A DNA stretch of 63,285 bases, counting the filler, from Lenisia limosa (lineage: Eukaryota; Protista; Breviatea), in the NCBI GenBank assembly GCA_001655205.1. It is 15 parts of 15 records of this genome, joined end to end, with 100 filler letters (N's around TTAATTAATTAA, not from the genome) between each part and the next. Parts side by side here need not be neighbours in the genome. Positions count along the whole stretch, not along the records: positions 34,423 to 48,891 come from LPNZ01007741.1; positions 48,992 to 50,456 come from LPNZ01003361.1; positions 50,557 to 56,378 come from LPNZ01007040.1; 12 more parts are not named here. The stretch is one strand, 5' to 3'. Positions 37,401-50,599 of this stretch are shown in pieces; the stretch's first letter is position 1, and the number at the start of each line of letters is the position of its first letter. The position numbers were made by a program, and so were the translations under genes. The notes beneath the pieces were generated by a model, which did no database searches, was not told where the DNA came from, and saw only the letters and a program-made list of their open reading frames with translations.

Positions 37401-37890
37401 ATTGTTTCAAAATTTCTCACCTGACGGTTTGATCATCAGAGGAAGAGACAATCCATGGGTATCTTGGATGGAATTGAACGGTTCTGACGTAATCCTAGAA
37501 AAAATAAGCACAGGTTAGGCAGAAGAAGTTGAGATAAGGAAAGAGGAAAGTCAACACATACAAGGTGGTCGTTAAAGGTGAAGATATTCTTCTTTGTAGT
37601 TAAATCCCAGACACGAATGATACAGTCATCTCCTCCAGAGACAAACATAGGGAGAGTTGGGTGAAAATCAACACCTCGAACAAGTCCTGTAAAAAGTTAG
37701 TTCCTATTTTCTGCTGTTGTTTAAGACAATTACCTTTATGACCCTCGAATTTGTGGATAAGGATGCAGTTTCTGTAATCCCATAATTGAATGACGCCACT
37801 AGAGAGAGCAGCAAGAACCCAAGGCCGCGAGTGGTGAAAAGAAATGGATTTTACTTTGCTTGATTTGCTCTCAAACTTGTTCAAAAGCAT
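34445..37890 (-). CDS. COPA: coatomer subunit alpha, N-terminal WD40 and coatomer WD-associated region (C-terminal half missing at spacer 34323)
   Basis: [40 protein letters not shown]...[103 protein letters not shown] and [31 protein letters not shown] all match alpha-COP. Confidence 0.97.
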
Positions 37891-38161
37891 ATTGAACTGA
37901 ACAAGAGAGCAACTGCTCCAAAACTATCTTAAGCTGTTTCGACAATGTAAATTTATCAACTATGAAATGTCTTATACCATTAAGCGCTTGTAACGTTTTT
38001 TAGTTTTTTTAAAAAGCAAAATTTATATAGTAAATTTACCTGGGGTTACACTAACATATTACAGTAGTCATGTAGCGAACAAATTTCCCCATTTTTGCCA
38101 GTTTAATTCAGGTTTAATAGTTTAATTATTGTATCAACAGTTACACGGAAGAATAACGGAA

Positions 38162-41100
38162 ATGTATCATTCCCAGAATTCTTTCAACCCTTCTGAGAAG
38201 GAATGGGGTGAGCTCCACCACTTAATAATCCTAAATATAATGAATCTAACCTTTTTCTAGTCAAGAGAAAAGTTCAAACATGTGGCAGATTGGTCAATGA
38301 GCTCGAATCCTCTCTCTCCCAGCTACGTAGAGACTACACTGAGCTTGTTAACTATGTTTGCACACGGGAAATGGGACATTTTTTCGGTTGCTCCTCCTCT
38401 TCTTAGTGACATCGAAGGTTGGGTCTCGGCAAGATCGCTCCGTCACTGAGATTGGCCAAAGAATTGAGAGGTTTAACAACCAAATGAAATGGTGGGTAGT
38501 GGCGTCATATGTCCCTACAGTATCTGAGTTGACATCATTCTCACACGCAAGCCCTATTGAAGCTCCTGAGTACGTCCCTGAGCCAGTAGTCCAGCCTCCT
38601 CCAGTGTTTTCAAGGGTATGTACTATTCATCGGTGTTTTTTCACTCAATAGCAAGGACCCCCTCAGCACCTGTTCAACACCCCCGCCGGAAAGCCCACTC
38701 CTGAGAACATGATGAGTAAGCCAAGGCCTAAGCACCTTCCTGTTTAACATTTCAGCATATGAGCAATCCGTTTCAAGGTCCTATGCTCCCACTCCCAGTA
38801 CGTTACAGTCTTTATGCTCCCAATAGACCTGAATTGTTTTCATATTATCAGAGCAAGATAAGAACCACAGTGTGTTCAATCCTCCACAAGAACCACCCCA
38901 TAGACCAGCAGTTCAAGTGGTGAGCTGGTGAAGGCTTTTTATGATTGGTGTCCATTTTCTCATAAATAGTTGGGTGAAAAGGCCCAGTCACAGCTTGGAG
39001 GCTCTCTGGTGCCCGATTCAGGCGAAGCTGCCATCCTAGCTTCAAGAGTACAGGTGTGGGGTTGATCTTTTGACGCTAAACCAAGCTAAAATGCAGCACT
39101 TATTCGCTTAGACTGAAAGCCGTTTTGTGCATAACGAATCTGCGGACCAGCAATACAAAAGAGGTGAGAATGTGTGTCATTGATATCACAGTTTCATTCT
39201 CTTTTCCCAGCTCCTAATTAATTATGAAACAGCCATTGGTATTATTCATATTTAGTACGTAAACCTCACGGAGATGCGTCGCAGCTCAATAACTCCGAAG
39301 CGTTTAGCCAACAGGTAGGGGCTTGCTTGATTGAAGGTTGCTTGTTTCTCTTTTGGTCACGCTGTAGCCTTCAGCTCCCCCTCAACAGCGCCCAGTCGGC
39401 ACCAGTCTCCACGATCACTTCCAGGCAGGCATGGGGTCAATGGTTATCATTACATATCATACATATTCTCTCAATTGTATTTCTGAATTGAGTCTGATAA
39501 GATTAGCCTAAAATTCTGAACTTCTGCTATTGGCGCCAATCATTTCTAATCAGAAAGCTGTTGAAAATGTCTTGAAAATGATTACCACATCTCTCATATA
39601 GTAGCACCCCACACCGCCAGCCTCCATGGGTGGAAGGACGCATTTGAGCGGACGGCCGACAGAGTTTGACCCCATTTCATCCCTGCAGCAAGACGGCTCT
39701 TACGCCCGGCCCGAGACTATCAAAGTGGGGATTGGTTTTGCTTGTTCAATCCTGGTAGTCTCCTGGGTCCTAACGGCTGTAGACTAAGGGCCTTCCCCAG
39801 AGGACGTCTGACAAGATCACTGCAGTGGGCCGAGTGTTTAGTATCACTTGAGAAGGGAAATACTCACAATTGGCGTCTTTTTTTTTTTTTTTTTTTTTNN
39901 NNNNNNNNNNNNNNNNNNNNNNNNNNNNNNNNNNNNNNNNNNNNNNNNNNNNNNNNNNNNNNNNNNNNGCCAACAGTGATGTTGAGTTCTCGAAAACTAA
40001 GAAGCTCCTCGACCCAAGTGGTTGGTTTTGTAATTGCTATACCTATTTGGTATTGATGTTTATTTGATAAGGGTTTTATATTATTGGCATTATTGACGAA
40101 ACTTCAGCTGAGCCAACAGTGCAGCGTTTATTCCCTGATGAAGATGCCCAACCCTCACCGATGCGCCAGTCCTTAAGACAAGTGGAGGCTGCTGCTGCAA
40201 TGCAAGGTTGGTTATCTGTTGGTATATCATACAATACATATGCATATGTATTGTGCTTCGGCCAGATACATCCTGCTAACAATAAGTAGCCATATTTTCC
40301 TCTTGCACATGATGGTCATATTCATAAGACTTTACTAAATTAATGGCCTTTTTTTTGCTTCCTTTTGGAATTACCAGCATTAAAACGACAGTATAATCAG
40401 TATCTCTTAGGTGTAGACGGCTTCAAGCAGACAATCTCTTTATTATTTCTCATTTCTACATTAACAGCTCAGATGTTCATTGTTATATGATATACTATCC
40501 AAGAATACTATATCATAAACTGACAAAAGATTACATTCCATTTAACTGATATGAGGAAACAAATAGTATATAATGCATATCATAGAATAGGTGATTTGAG
40601 CGCCGCCTGCTCTTAGCCTCACAATTCAGGCCACGGCTCTCATGAAGAGTTCATCCTTAGGCAAAAGCAACAAGCTAGTATGCTCCATCTGCTTTTCAAA
40701 GTGATGGCTAAGCATTCCCTCTGCACAAGATTAACGATTTAGTTGGCATTGCTGACTTCAACTACACATCATCTCAACAAAGCCGTCCTCAAACTGCACC
40801 ATGTGAGAGCCCATTGCGCACCAAATCTCATCATCTGACAATATAGACACCCCAGCCCAGTCCTGCTATGCCTTGGATACTGACCCAGTACAGCCACGTA
40901 ACCAGATTGATGTGTCAAGCTTTTCAGGTTGGGTTCTCTTCCTGGTGAAACTCTTGGATGTTTTGGTGATTTACAAATTCGAGATTACTCCATTCTTTTT
41001 GGGGATGAAGAAACTGCCACTCTTAGCTCACTATCCCAGACCCCATTAATGGTATCAACTGTCCAGAAAGACCGTCTACTGTGAGTCAAAGAGGTCAGTT

Positions 41101-41650
41101 GCCATTCACCCTCTTGCCACTCCTATTTAGTTTCGTACCTGCATGTTCACTTACATTTTCAGGAGTCGGCCCGCCGCCGTCTGTGAACCCCACAATGTAC
41201 GGAGCTGCCGAGAGGGCTCCAATGTACGATAGGCTCCGGGTGAATTATTATCATACTATCTTCAATATCCCTTTATAACTTGATGGTGAGTTGCTCTATC
41301 TTGACACTACATTTTTTTTACATTTCTACATTGAAAACCTCAAGATTGCCCATCACAGTTCTCATTGTGAGTTGCCTAATGGATATAGCGGAGGGAGGTC
41401 CCATGTAGTCCAAGTTATCCAGCAAAGGCCGGATTTCAGGGGCAAAAAAGTATACTCTAACAATTGTGAGCTCTGGAATTCATTTCACTCTACCACACTA
41501 ATCGTTTATCTCATTCTGTTCCATATCAGAGAAAATGCTGCGTATTCTTTTGTGCGTCTCACTCTGTAGCTTCGAACTCCGTGATGGACATGTCATATAA
41601 CCAAGAAAACAACAAGCCCCAGAAGCCCTACCCTCAAGTGTGTTGAGTAT
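38162..41650 (+). CDS. hypothetical low-complexity (Pro/Ser/Gln-rich) multi-exon protein
   Basis: Candidate start MYHSQNSFNPSEKEW, head-to-head with COPA, and many short GT-AG exons. No domain recognised. Confidence 0.5.
40392..40460 (+). repeat. family A interspersed repeat
   Basis: TATAATCAGTATCTCTTAGGTGTAGACGGCTTCAAGCAGACAATCTCTTTATTATTTCTCATTTCTAC. Confidence 0.7.
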
Positions 41651-41999
41651 TCTATCACCATCATTGGGCATAGTCCTTGGTCACGTCTTTGTTCTCTGTC
41701 TTACAATTTAGGTCTACCAACGTACCTCTTTATGGTAACTCTAACTTATTTAATGTACACTATTATCTATGAGTCAATGGAATCATCGTAAACAGTGGGC
41801 GAAATTACAGTGAAATGGTATTCGAACAATCACAAAGTAACCCCCCCCCCCCNNNNNNNNNNNNNNNNNNNNNNNNNNNNNNNNNNNNNNNNNNNNNNNN
41901 NNNNNNNNNNNNNNNNNNNNNNNNNNNNNNNNNNNNNNNNNNNNNNNNNNNNNNNNNNNNNNNNNNNNNNNNNNNNNNNNNNNNNNNNNNNNNNNNNNA

Positions 42000-44130
42000 C
42001 AACTGAACTGAACCCTCTTGAACCACACCATCTACCCCAACCCCAATTGGAAGAATTTCAATAGACGATGTTGTCACAAAAGGTCAGTGAGGGAGGGGGG
42101 GTGAGTAAAACAAAGGAAATTTTGATGAAGAATATTGGTATAAAGGGTTGTATTAAAATGTAAGAAAATGTAGCAATAGGAAATATAGCGAGTTTCAATG
42201 AATATTATACTAAAATTCAATAGCTCGTATCAGCATGATGGTGTGGACGGCTTTAACAGATGCAACCTTTTTTTTATTTCTCATTGCAATATATGTATGT
42301 GTATAGCCGTGACCTTATCGCCTCAGATTGTAAGAAACGCCATAATTGTTGGAGAGAGAAGGAAGGTCCACAGCATATACCCAGATAACTCTGAAGTGGT
42401 GAGAGGGAAACACCGAAATCCGAACACCATCCTTATACCAATTAGGTTGAAGAGTTTTCCTTGGCAACAAACCAGCTTCTCTTACGAAAGGTTTGCCCCA
42501 TATATAATTTAACCATCTTTTTTTTCACAGCAAAACAATTTTTAGAAGTAAAAGTCCGTTTTATTGAAAATCGTAGAGTCGAAAGCCGCCCTCAATTGAA
42601 TGCAAAGCAAGGTCATGGGTGGTGGAAATGGGCTCAGAGAACGGCAAGCAAGACGCCTTCATTCAGGGTGAAGTGACTCTGAATTGCAATAATGTGAGTG
42701 GTGTTCGATTCATTGTTGGGGCTTTAGTTGCTGCAGTAATCTGTTGATTCTTTGGTCAATTATATTACGCATGAATCATGATGGCTGAATCGTATCATAT
42801 ACTTCGTGGAAAGTTGGAAGGGATATAGTGTAGAAATGAGAAATACACAATAAATTGGTAGTATCTGGTTGAAGCCTTATCACCTCAATTACCTTATAAC
42901 TCTGTGCACACAGCTTTCTACGTGCCGTATATCATACTACAAAATGGTAGATATATATATTTACGCATTGGGCGTCGTAATATAGAATCTAATGATATGA
43001 ACTGTAATATTGTTATTATTCTTTTTTTAAAAAAAATGGTCACTATAACTTGTTACGTGTATAATATGATATGTTTTTTTATTTGATGATGCCTCTAATT
43101 GCTTGTTTTTTTTTTTTGGAGTTTCAGATTTTTCGGTTCGTAATTAGTAGTACCTTTACGCCAATATTCTTCAAAGNNNNNNNNNNNNNNNNNNNNNNNN
43201 NNNNNNNNNNNNNNNNNNNNNNNNNNNNNNNNNNNNNNNNNNNNNNNNNNNNNNNNNNNNNNNNNNNNNNNNNNNNNNNNNNNNNNNNNNNNNNNTTAGG
43301 AACATCCCCTACCCGATGGAGACTTATGCCATATCCGTGACGGAAGACTGCCAGGAGTTTATCTTAACCACTTCCAATAAAAAGTTGGTTGTCTTTTATC
43401 GTGTGACGAGTGATTATTCTGTGGGGATTATAATTTGTCTAAAAGTTACCTTTTCATTTTCACTCACTTTGATGGCACCTCTAGGTACTATAAACGATTT
43501 TCTCTGCCAGAACTTGGAAGGTTTAACTTGGTTTTGGAAGCNNNNNNNNNNNNNNNNNNNNNNNNNNNNNNNNNNNNNNNNNNNNNNNNNNNNNNNNNNN
43601 NNNNNNNNNNNNNNNNNNNNNNNNNNNNNNNNNNNNNNNNNNNNNNNNNNNNNNNNNNNNNNNNNNNNNNNNNNNNNNNNNNNNNNNNNNNNNNNNNNNN
43701 NNNNNNNNNNNNNNNNNNNNNNNNNNNNNNNNNNNNNNNNNNNNNNNNNNNNNNNNNGTTCCTCGTCATCTGTTTAGTACCAAAAGCCCCACGAGATTCT
43801 TCAAGAGGAAGCCATTCTGAGGACAGACAAAATCCCAACGGTGAGCCCTTCAATATGATGAGCGCTTCCACTAAGGGACCTATTGATGAGAATGATAATC
43901 CAACGGCTATGCCTCATCTATCAGTTTTCAAGCTCAAAACAATTACACGCTTTTGTATAATAGTAAAATACGACATCAGATCATGATTCTCAAGTCTGTT
44001 GATAAACCCTCACTCTGTAGGTGAACTTAAATGAGGCCGAAGCTGAAGAGCATATGCGAAACCTCCAGGAAACCCAGCTTCAAAAGGGCATTCAACTTCT
44101 TCCACAGTAAAAAGAACCACTCAAGGCAAC
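42000..44130 (+). CDS. hypothetical protein, partial (possible beta-propeller segment)
   Basis: Exons such as NIPYPMETYAISVTEDCQEFILTTSNKKLVVFY look like beta-strand repeats. Large gaps prevent a model. Confidence 0.35.
42228..42292 (+). repeat. family A interspersed repeat
   Basis: AGCATGATGGTGTGGACGGCTTTAACAGATGCAACCTTTTTTTTATTTCTCATTGC. Confidence 0.75.
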
Positions 44131-44367
44131 ATGCATGGTGTGAGATGAAGGTGAACCTGTATCTCGTGTTCATAAATAAATGAATTGACTTAAACATATC
44201 AAAGGCATCGTGTAATATTATGGACAAACAATGTTTTGAACATAATGCATATTACTATTTGTTGATTTCTTGTATTCAAGCTATCAGTACACCCCCTAGC
44301 ACCAGAGGTAACTTGAATTTCTGTGGTATGGAATTAAAAATAATACATTTGAATATCAACACCTGAG

Positions 44368-46703
44368 TTACTTTACATTTGGGAGCGTCTGATGCTGCAT
44401 CTGGCCGGGGATCTGGTTCTGAGGGGGAGCGAGCATGCCGGGGCGGGGAGGCATCATGTTAAACTGTGAAGGTAAAAAACGTTTTTAAAAAAGGGGCAAT
44501 AGAGAGAGAAAAGAACTAAAAGGGTAGAGCAATAAAAACAAGTACCTGGGGAGGGATGCTCATGCCAGGGGCGCCGGGAGGGGGGCGGAACGGCTGTTGT
44601 CCTCCTGAGGGATCAGTGATTATCGTGGTTGTTTTGATGGAAAATATAAGAACCAATAAAGCTGCATCTGGAACCTACCATAATACATGTTGGGAGGGGG
44701 TTGCTGGAACATATTTGGGGGAGGTTGGTGGGGGTCTGAAGTGTGAAAAAGGGAACACAAGAAGTAAAGGAGTAGTACGATTAGAGGGTAACGACCCCCT
44801 TACTGAAGGGGGGCATTTGACCGAAAGGCATCGGGGGCATTCCATACTGGGGAGGAGGCATGTTCATGTTGGGGCCCTGTCAGGTTAAATGTTTTTTGTA
44901 GTAAAACTTCAGCCATATAAACACTCCAGCAAAGAAGAAACAGCAGAACAGTATCATTAAAAGACAACAGTCACACACATTGTTGTGATATTGCTGCCTC
45001 GGCCGGGATACAGCAGGGTGGAAAAATCCATCATCTTCTGAGCGACGTTTGAGTCCATAGGGAGCCCCTGGAATTAGTAAGAAAAAGAGCTGTGAGCATA
45101 TACCAACATTCTCTGTTGAGTCTGTCGTATCTGAGAACAAGGCTGAAAGCACCAATCTTGAAACCGTGTAACCTCTTGAGGGCTTGCTGGGCCTCGGCCT
45201 CGTTCTAAAGAAGTCAGAATTCCACCAAAAATCTAACTATAACTAGGGCTTCCCTACGATCCGAAAAAGACCGTTAAAATATCGATATTTATCGAGGATT
45301 TATCGAGAAATTTAGTCTTTTTTTGGGACCATAAGGAAGCGCTAACTCTAACCATTGCTCACAATGAATGTGGTGCGGGCAACCGGGGTGTTCTTCTTGG
45401 TGGTGCAAACGATTTCAATTTTCTCAATCATGCCTGGATGGTCATTCCAATGGACACTTCATGAGAACATACCTCCCTGAGACATGATTCCGTGGAACTC
45501 AGCCTCGGTCACGCTGGGGCTAATGGGGCAGGTTAGGACCTTGGCGTTGTCGTTGATGGTCAGTTGGGGAATCGGACCCGCGTCAAAATTGCCTCTCCTA
45601 CACCATCATTACTAATGACTTGTCTTGGTTTTGAAAAAAATAACATTTTAGAGTTCAATGGTAATCCGATAAAAAAGACACCACTTACTTCTGGCCTCCT
45701 TGGAACTTTGAGAGCACCTACGGTATGAAAAAAGAAATGAAGAAATTCAAATATGGAACAACCCCCTACCCTCCTCTCAAGATAACATATAATTTCATCA
45801 ACAGTTCATGGAGCTAACCTCCGGTTTGATTCTGATCTCATCGGAGGGCACGGTCGCGGCGGCAGCAGCAAGCATGGCCGATTTCTGGGCATTCTGGAGC
45901 TGGTGTGTCAGATATCGCTGGGGGGCGAATAGAACAAGAATGCATTTGTGTCAGAGAAAACAGTATCCCCCTACCTGCTCAGTTGTCATTGGTTGAGGAG
46001 GCTTAGTTTCAATTTCCACAATCTCTTCTTCCTTCTTCTCTTCTTCCACAACAACCTCTTCCTTCTTCTCTTCAACAACCTCTTCCTTCTTCTCTTCTTC
46101 GATAACAATTTCTTCCTTCTTATCTTCCACAACAACTTCTTCTTTCTTCTCTTCCACAACAACCTCTTCCTTCTTCTCTTCCACAACAACCTCTTCCTTC
46201 TCTTCCACAACAGCCTCTTCCTTCTTCTCTTCCACAACAACCTCTTCCTTCTTCTCTTCTTCTACAACAATTTCTTCCTTCTTCTCTTCCACAACAATCT
46301 CTTCCTCTTTCTCCTCAGATTTGTTGTCCTAAACCAAATGAGGAGTCATAACTAAAGGAACACAAGTTGCCAAAACAATATCATCCACCATTAGGACAAT
46401 CAACATACAAAGGCAGATTGAAGAGCCGCAAGATCAAGCTCAGTGCGTCCCTCGAAAATGATAGCTCCATGATCCTCGCCAAGAATAACGTTGATGTCTC
46501 TGAAGTCCTGTTACCCCGTGAATATTCGTGCTTACCTTAAAAAAGTATCATCTGATCGCTTACTCGGCTTGAAGAGTAAGAGAGGTGAAAGGAAAAGGTT
46601 AACAAACCTTTTTCAACCCCTGAAAGCGCTCGATTCTCTTGAGAAGCTTGCTAAAGGTAACTTCATCCAAACTAGCGACGATAGTACCGTAATCGACCGC
46701 CAT
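44368..46703 (-). CDS. RRM-type RNA-binding protein with Glu/Lys/Val repeat and Pro/Met/Gln-rich tail
   Basis: Start MAVDYGTIVASLDEVTFSKLLKRIERFQGLK. EEKKEEVVV repeat exon, then VLTCPISPSVTEAEF...IEKIEIV...ARTTFI...NEAEAQQALKRLHGFKIGAFSLVLRY (RRM-like), then PPPQYGMPPMPFGQMPP. Confidence 0.65.
45244..45344. mobile_element. hAT-type MITE (family B), full copy in an RRM-gene intron
   Basis: TAGGGCTTCCCTACGATCCGAAAAAGAC...core...GTCTTTTTTTGGGACCATAAGGAAGCGCTA. Flanks ACTATAAC (45236-45243) and ACTCTAAC (45345-45352) are a 7/8 TSD match. Confidence 0.85.
45986..46311 (-). repeat. coding tandem repeat of 24-30 bp units encoding (E)EKKEEVVVE
   Basis: About 11 imperfect units of ttccacaacaacctcttccttcttctc on the + strand. 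Confidence 0.9.
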
Positions 46704-46850
46704 TATAAAAATAGAGAATCAAAAGATGACAAACACGCGATTTAGACGCTCAAAACCAATTTCTTTAATACCTCGATAAGTTACTACAAAACTGGCGTGT
46801 TTATGAAGAGTTAGAGGCGCGTTTGGGCTGAGATCACCGAAATAAAGGAG

Positions 46851-46880
46851 TTCAGTTTGAACTGAACTTACCGACTTCCG
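46851..46880 (-). promoter_or_regulatory. candidate core-promoter motif (CGGAAG ... GTTCAGTTCA) in the RRM/NCBP3 divergent intergenic region
   Basis: The same 10-mer GTTCAGTTCA lies on the sense strand upstream of the kinesin ATG (53106-53115, also with CGGAAG) and the COPA ATG (37893-37902). Confidence 0.4.
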
Positions 46881-47060
46881 TTGCTTTTAAACGCAAATCC
46901 AAATCCAACTCAAATCTCCCCATCTCTTCCCTGCTGCACTACGTTTTGTTGTTTGTGTGTTGTTTTGTGATTAGTTGTTTACTTTTGTTTGACAGCTTCC
47001 TGTCCGCTTGTTTGAAGTTGTTGAGAAAGCAACGCGCCATTTCCTGAGCATACTCTCAAG

Positions 47061-48845
47061 ATGGAGTGTGAAGATGATGTTGAATATGAAGTTGTAAGCA
47101 ATATGGGTAGTTTTTTATACAACAATACTGTATTACCGAAATATCATCGCTCGCTGTCAGGTGGTGACCATTTAGGTTCAGGAGGTTATTCCAGAGATTG
47201 TAGACCAGACTGTTGCCGAACTCCCGTGAGTAAAGGAATATTTTTGTTAGCAATGATCACAAGTTAACAGAGAGTAGGGAATATGACGAGGGTGAGGAAA
47301 TGGAGGATGAGGAAGTCTCGAAGGCTGAGACTGATGCTGCACAAGAAGAAGAAGTCAAAGTGGAAGACGCCATGGCAGAAGAAGAAGAGCAGGAGGAAGG
47401 TGCTGTCAAGAATGATGGTTGCAGGGAGTGGTATAAGAATGTTTTCTGAGAAATGAAGAGTTGCTTTTAATATTTTTTTTTCTCTTGCAGCTGATGGGAG
47501 GAAAAAACTTGCAGAGTTGCGCATTGCCATGTGTGCCAAGAGAGCAGCTCTTCGCCCCCTTCGACCAAGGTTTGCTCTGTCCTCCTCCTAATACTGTTGC
47601 AATTGCTACGACAATTATCATATTTCTAGTCATATTTGTTACATGCTATGCTCTTGATATTGTTGTGTGGTGTGATATGTTTAACCGTCCAGATCCGATT
47701 TCAGAGTGAAAGAGTCAGGAATAGATATTGAGGCGGAGGTATGATCGGAAATGACCTTCCCCCCCTTTTTTTTCTGTTTCTTTCCTTTTACTTCAAAATA
47801 TTTTCTGATGATGTTCTTCCCTTTTCTTTTTTTATTTGTAACTTCCCCTCTTATCCTTAGTTTTTACTTCATAATGTCCCTTTAACCCCACCACCCCCAA
47901 CAGGACGAAAAAGAACGACAGAAAGCACGCAGGGAGCGATTTGGTAATGATGCCTTTGAACCCCTTCCTGAGTCCAGAAAACAGTCCGTCAAGATAGAAG
48001 TGTTTGCTCAGAATAGGCCTCGCTATACAATATATCACCCTTACTCCCACTTGTTGAATGTCGTCTGTGCTATTGAACATGGGATATGCTTCGCATCATA
48101 TCTTGAATGGTGCTGTGATACTGCCTTCTTTTAAAGAGTTTTTGTCATGAAAAGAGATACAGAGAGGGATACAACTGATCTGAGCTTTTTTCTTCTTCTC
48201 ACTTTACAGGGATGAAGATAGGTCAATTGAGAAACTAGCAGCCCGTTCAAAGAGGTGAGCATACGTATCCTTTTGGACTTTACATTGAAACTTCAAGGCA
48301 TACAGCTGACATTTTCCAGGTTCAATGACGCAAGCAGCTTAATGACCGCTGTGGCCAATTTGGATGAAAGTTGGAGGGGTGACAGGCCACCCGTTCTCGA
48401 GCAGGTTTCACGTTTTAGACTGTGCAGAGCTGCGTGTTGACCCTGTTGCTACGGACTCTATTCGTTCGGAAGTTGTGCATCTTTGGGGAGTGGATAGGTG
48501 GGCCTGTCCTCTTCTATTTCATTCATGAAGCCCCCCCCCCATACCCCTAATGAATTTATATATTTCTGACCATCACTAGGTTTTTGACAGTTACGGTCCT
48601 CAAAACCACCCACGATTATGGCAAATCACACGTTGAATGGATCGATGATAGCTCATGTGGGGTGATTGGTCTGGATTATCTTCACATTTTCTTGAAGTTG
48701 AGATGGCAACGGACTTGTTTTTGTCCTGTGTCTTACATATTTGTTCAGCCAACATTTTTTAAACAATTCTTTTTGTCTGATACTCCTAGGCAATGTGGTG
48801 TTTGACTCCGAAGAAACTGCCAAATTATATCTCAACGAACAGGGT
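47061..48845 (+). CDS. NCBP3: nuclear cap-binding protein subunit 3-like (DUF2414), 3' truncated at spacer
   Basis: DEKERQKARRERFG, IRSEVVHLWGVD and DYGKSHVEWIDDSSCNVVFDSEETAK match the NCBP3 motifs (R.EAIH+RGVD; IEWIDDTSCNVVW). Confidence 0.75.
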
Positions 48846-49278
48846 GGGTAGGCTCAGGAATATTGCATATCGTATCATATATATGATATATNNNNNNNNN
48901 NNNNNNNNNNNNNNNNNNNNNNNNNNNNNNNNNNNTTAATTAATTAANNNNNNNNNNNNNNNNNNNNNNNNNNNNNNNNNNNNNNNNNNNNTCCTCTTCA
49001 AACAATTGGTTTATTAACATATCATAAAATACTAGTATAGTTCCAAAGTATACCTACATACACTCTATTAAATATATCACACGTATAGTATATCATGTAC
49101 TAACTATATATTGGCTGAACCCTCACCCCCCCTCCCTTGGTGAGAAAAATGAGTTGAGGTCACAATGTTATCTATTTTTGTAAGAAGAAACAAAAACAAT
49201 AAGGGTTTCCCAGTCGTAAATTTTCCAACATGTCAAAAAATAGGGGAAATAATGTGCTCCATTGATAACTTTTTGTTT

Positions 49279-49359
49279 GAAACCCCGAATTATAAGAATC
49301 CTCGATAAATATCGATATTGTACAGGTGTTTCGGAACCAAAAGTGAAACCCCGAATTAT
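49279..49359. mobile_element. family B MITE, partial, bracketed by a 16-bp direct repeat
   Basis: ATCCTCGATAAATATCGATATT...CGGAACCAAAAGTGAAACCCC; TGAAACCCCGAATTAT occurs at both ends. Confidence 0.65.
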
Positions 49360-50599
49360 TGTAAAGCGATTCACTTGTTATATAACACATTCCAGATTTG
49401 CAAAGAGCTCACCGGCCAAATGCGAGTCTCATTGGCCCCGTCAACTGTCGATGTTGGTTTATTTTACGATTGGCAAGTATATTAATATCAACTTTACTAT
49501 GCGATACGTTAAGGTTGCCGTCATATAATACGACATACAGATTATTATTAAGATATAGAATGCATATGATATATATTAATAAGTTTTGAACGGGGGAGGG
49601 GGTCACGCCAGCTACCCAACATATTTGATATACTATAGGTTGGTGGTTAAAACCGCGAACATGATTAAAACCACGAACAAGCCAAAAATCGACATAAATC
49701 GCTTCAATAACACCCTTTTTAGTGTGAAATTCGGCAGTTTTGAGTACTAGACTATCAATAACATCAAATCAAAGAAATTGTGAGCAAAAAGAAGAAAAAA
49801 AAAAGGAGAAAAAAAAAATCTAAAAAAAAGATCTTTTGATCAGAATCGACCCGGCCGGGGTCACCCAGTTTCTTTTACACGAAAATATTTTTGAAACCCC
49901 CCTCACTCAGAATAATAGCATTTTGAGCCTATTAAAGTGCCCCACTATAGAAACGCAGATTTTTATGGAGAATTCGAATCTGAAGTCCATTTTTGGAGGA
50001 AATGTAGTGGTTTTGAGGTATTTAAGTCAACTTTTGTAACGGTTTTTTCAAGAATTTTCCTTGTTCAGTCTCTATAATAGAGCCAATGGACGAAATAGAC
50101 GTCTGATTAAGGTATATACTGCGTCAATAACCCATTTACCGTTCTGGAACGGCACAAAAGGTAAGAGTCAAATTCGCTTGATTTATTAACATCTTCTATC
50201 ATTTTTCGCCCATTTATCGGTAATTTACGCTCATTTTTTGCCCAATTTGTCTCGTATTCTCTACTTAAATGCTTCTAGGTTACTCAAGGGTGGAAAAAAT
50301 CAAATCTGATGGTGCAAGAACGTCTTCATTTTATCGCAGGGACAATTCTAGGCCCATAATCAGTGTTTTTAATGTATTTCGCATGAAAAATTGAAATACC
50401 ATGAAGGTGGTATTTTGCATGTATGTTGATACCCCTGCCTATTCTTCTGAATAAAANNNNNNNNNNNNNNNNNNNNNNNNNNNNNNNNNNNNNNNNNNNN
50501 TTAATTAATTAANNNNNNNNNNNNNNNNNNNNNNNNNNNNNNNNNNNNNNNNNNNNGGGGGGGGGGGGGTATAAGGATTCATCTTCTAGCGAAGCCTAC

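Noticed and set aside
45205-45359. Introner (whole-intron mobile element) interpretation of families A-C
   Set aside because: Where boundaries can be read, the element sits inside a pre-existing intron (here ~100 bp within a ~155-nt intron) and does not define the GT/AG ends.
45948-46355. 135-aa Phe/Leu/Asn-rich ORF on the + strand
   Set aside because: It is the antisense shadow of the Glu/Lys/Val coding repeat on the minus strand.
48992-50456. Gene-poor AT-rich segment as a possible ncRNA locus or origin
   Set aside because: Only a partial family B copy, a short GC hairpin (~49847-49862) and weak exon candidates; no tRNA, snRNA or rRNA motif recognised.
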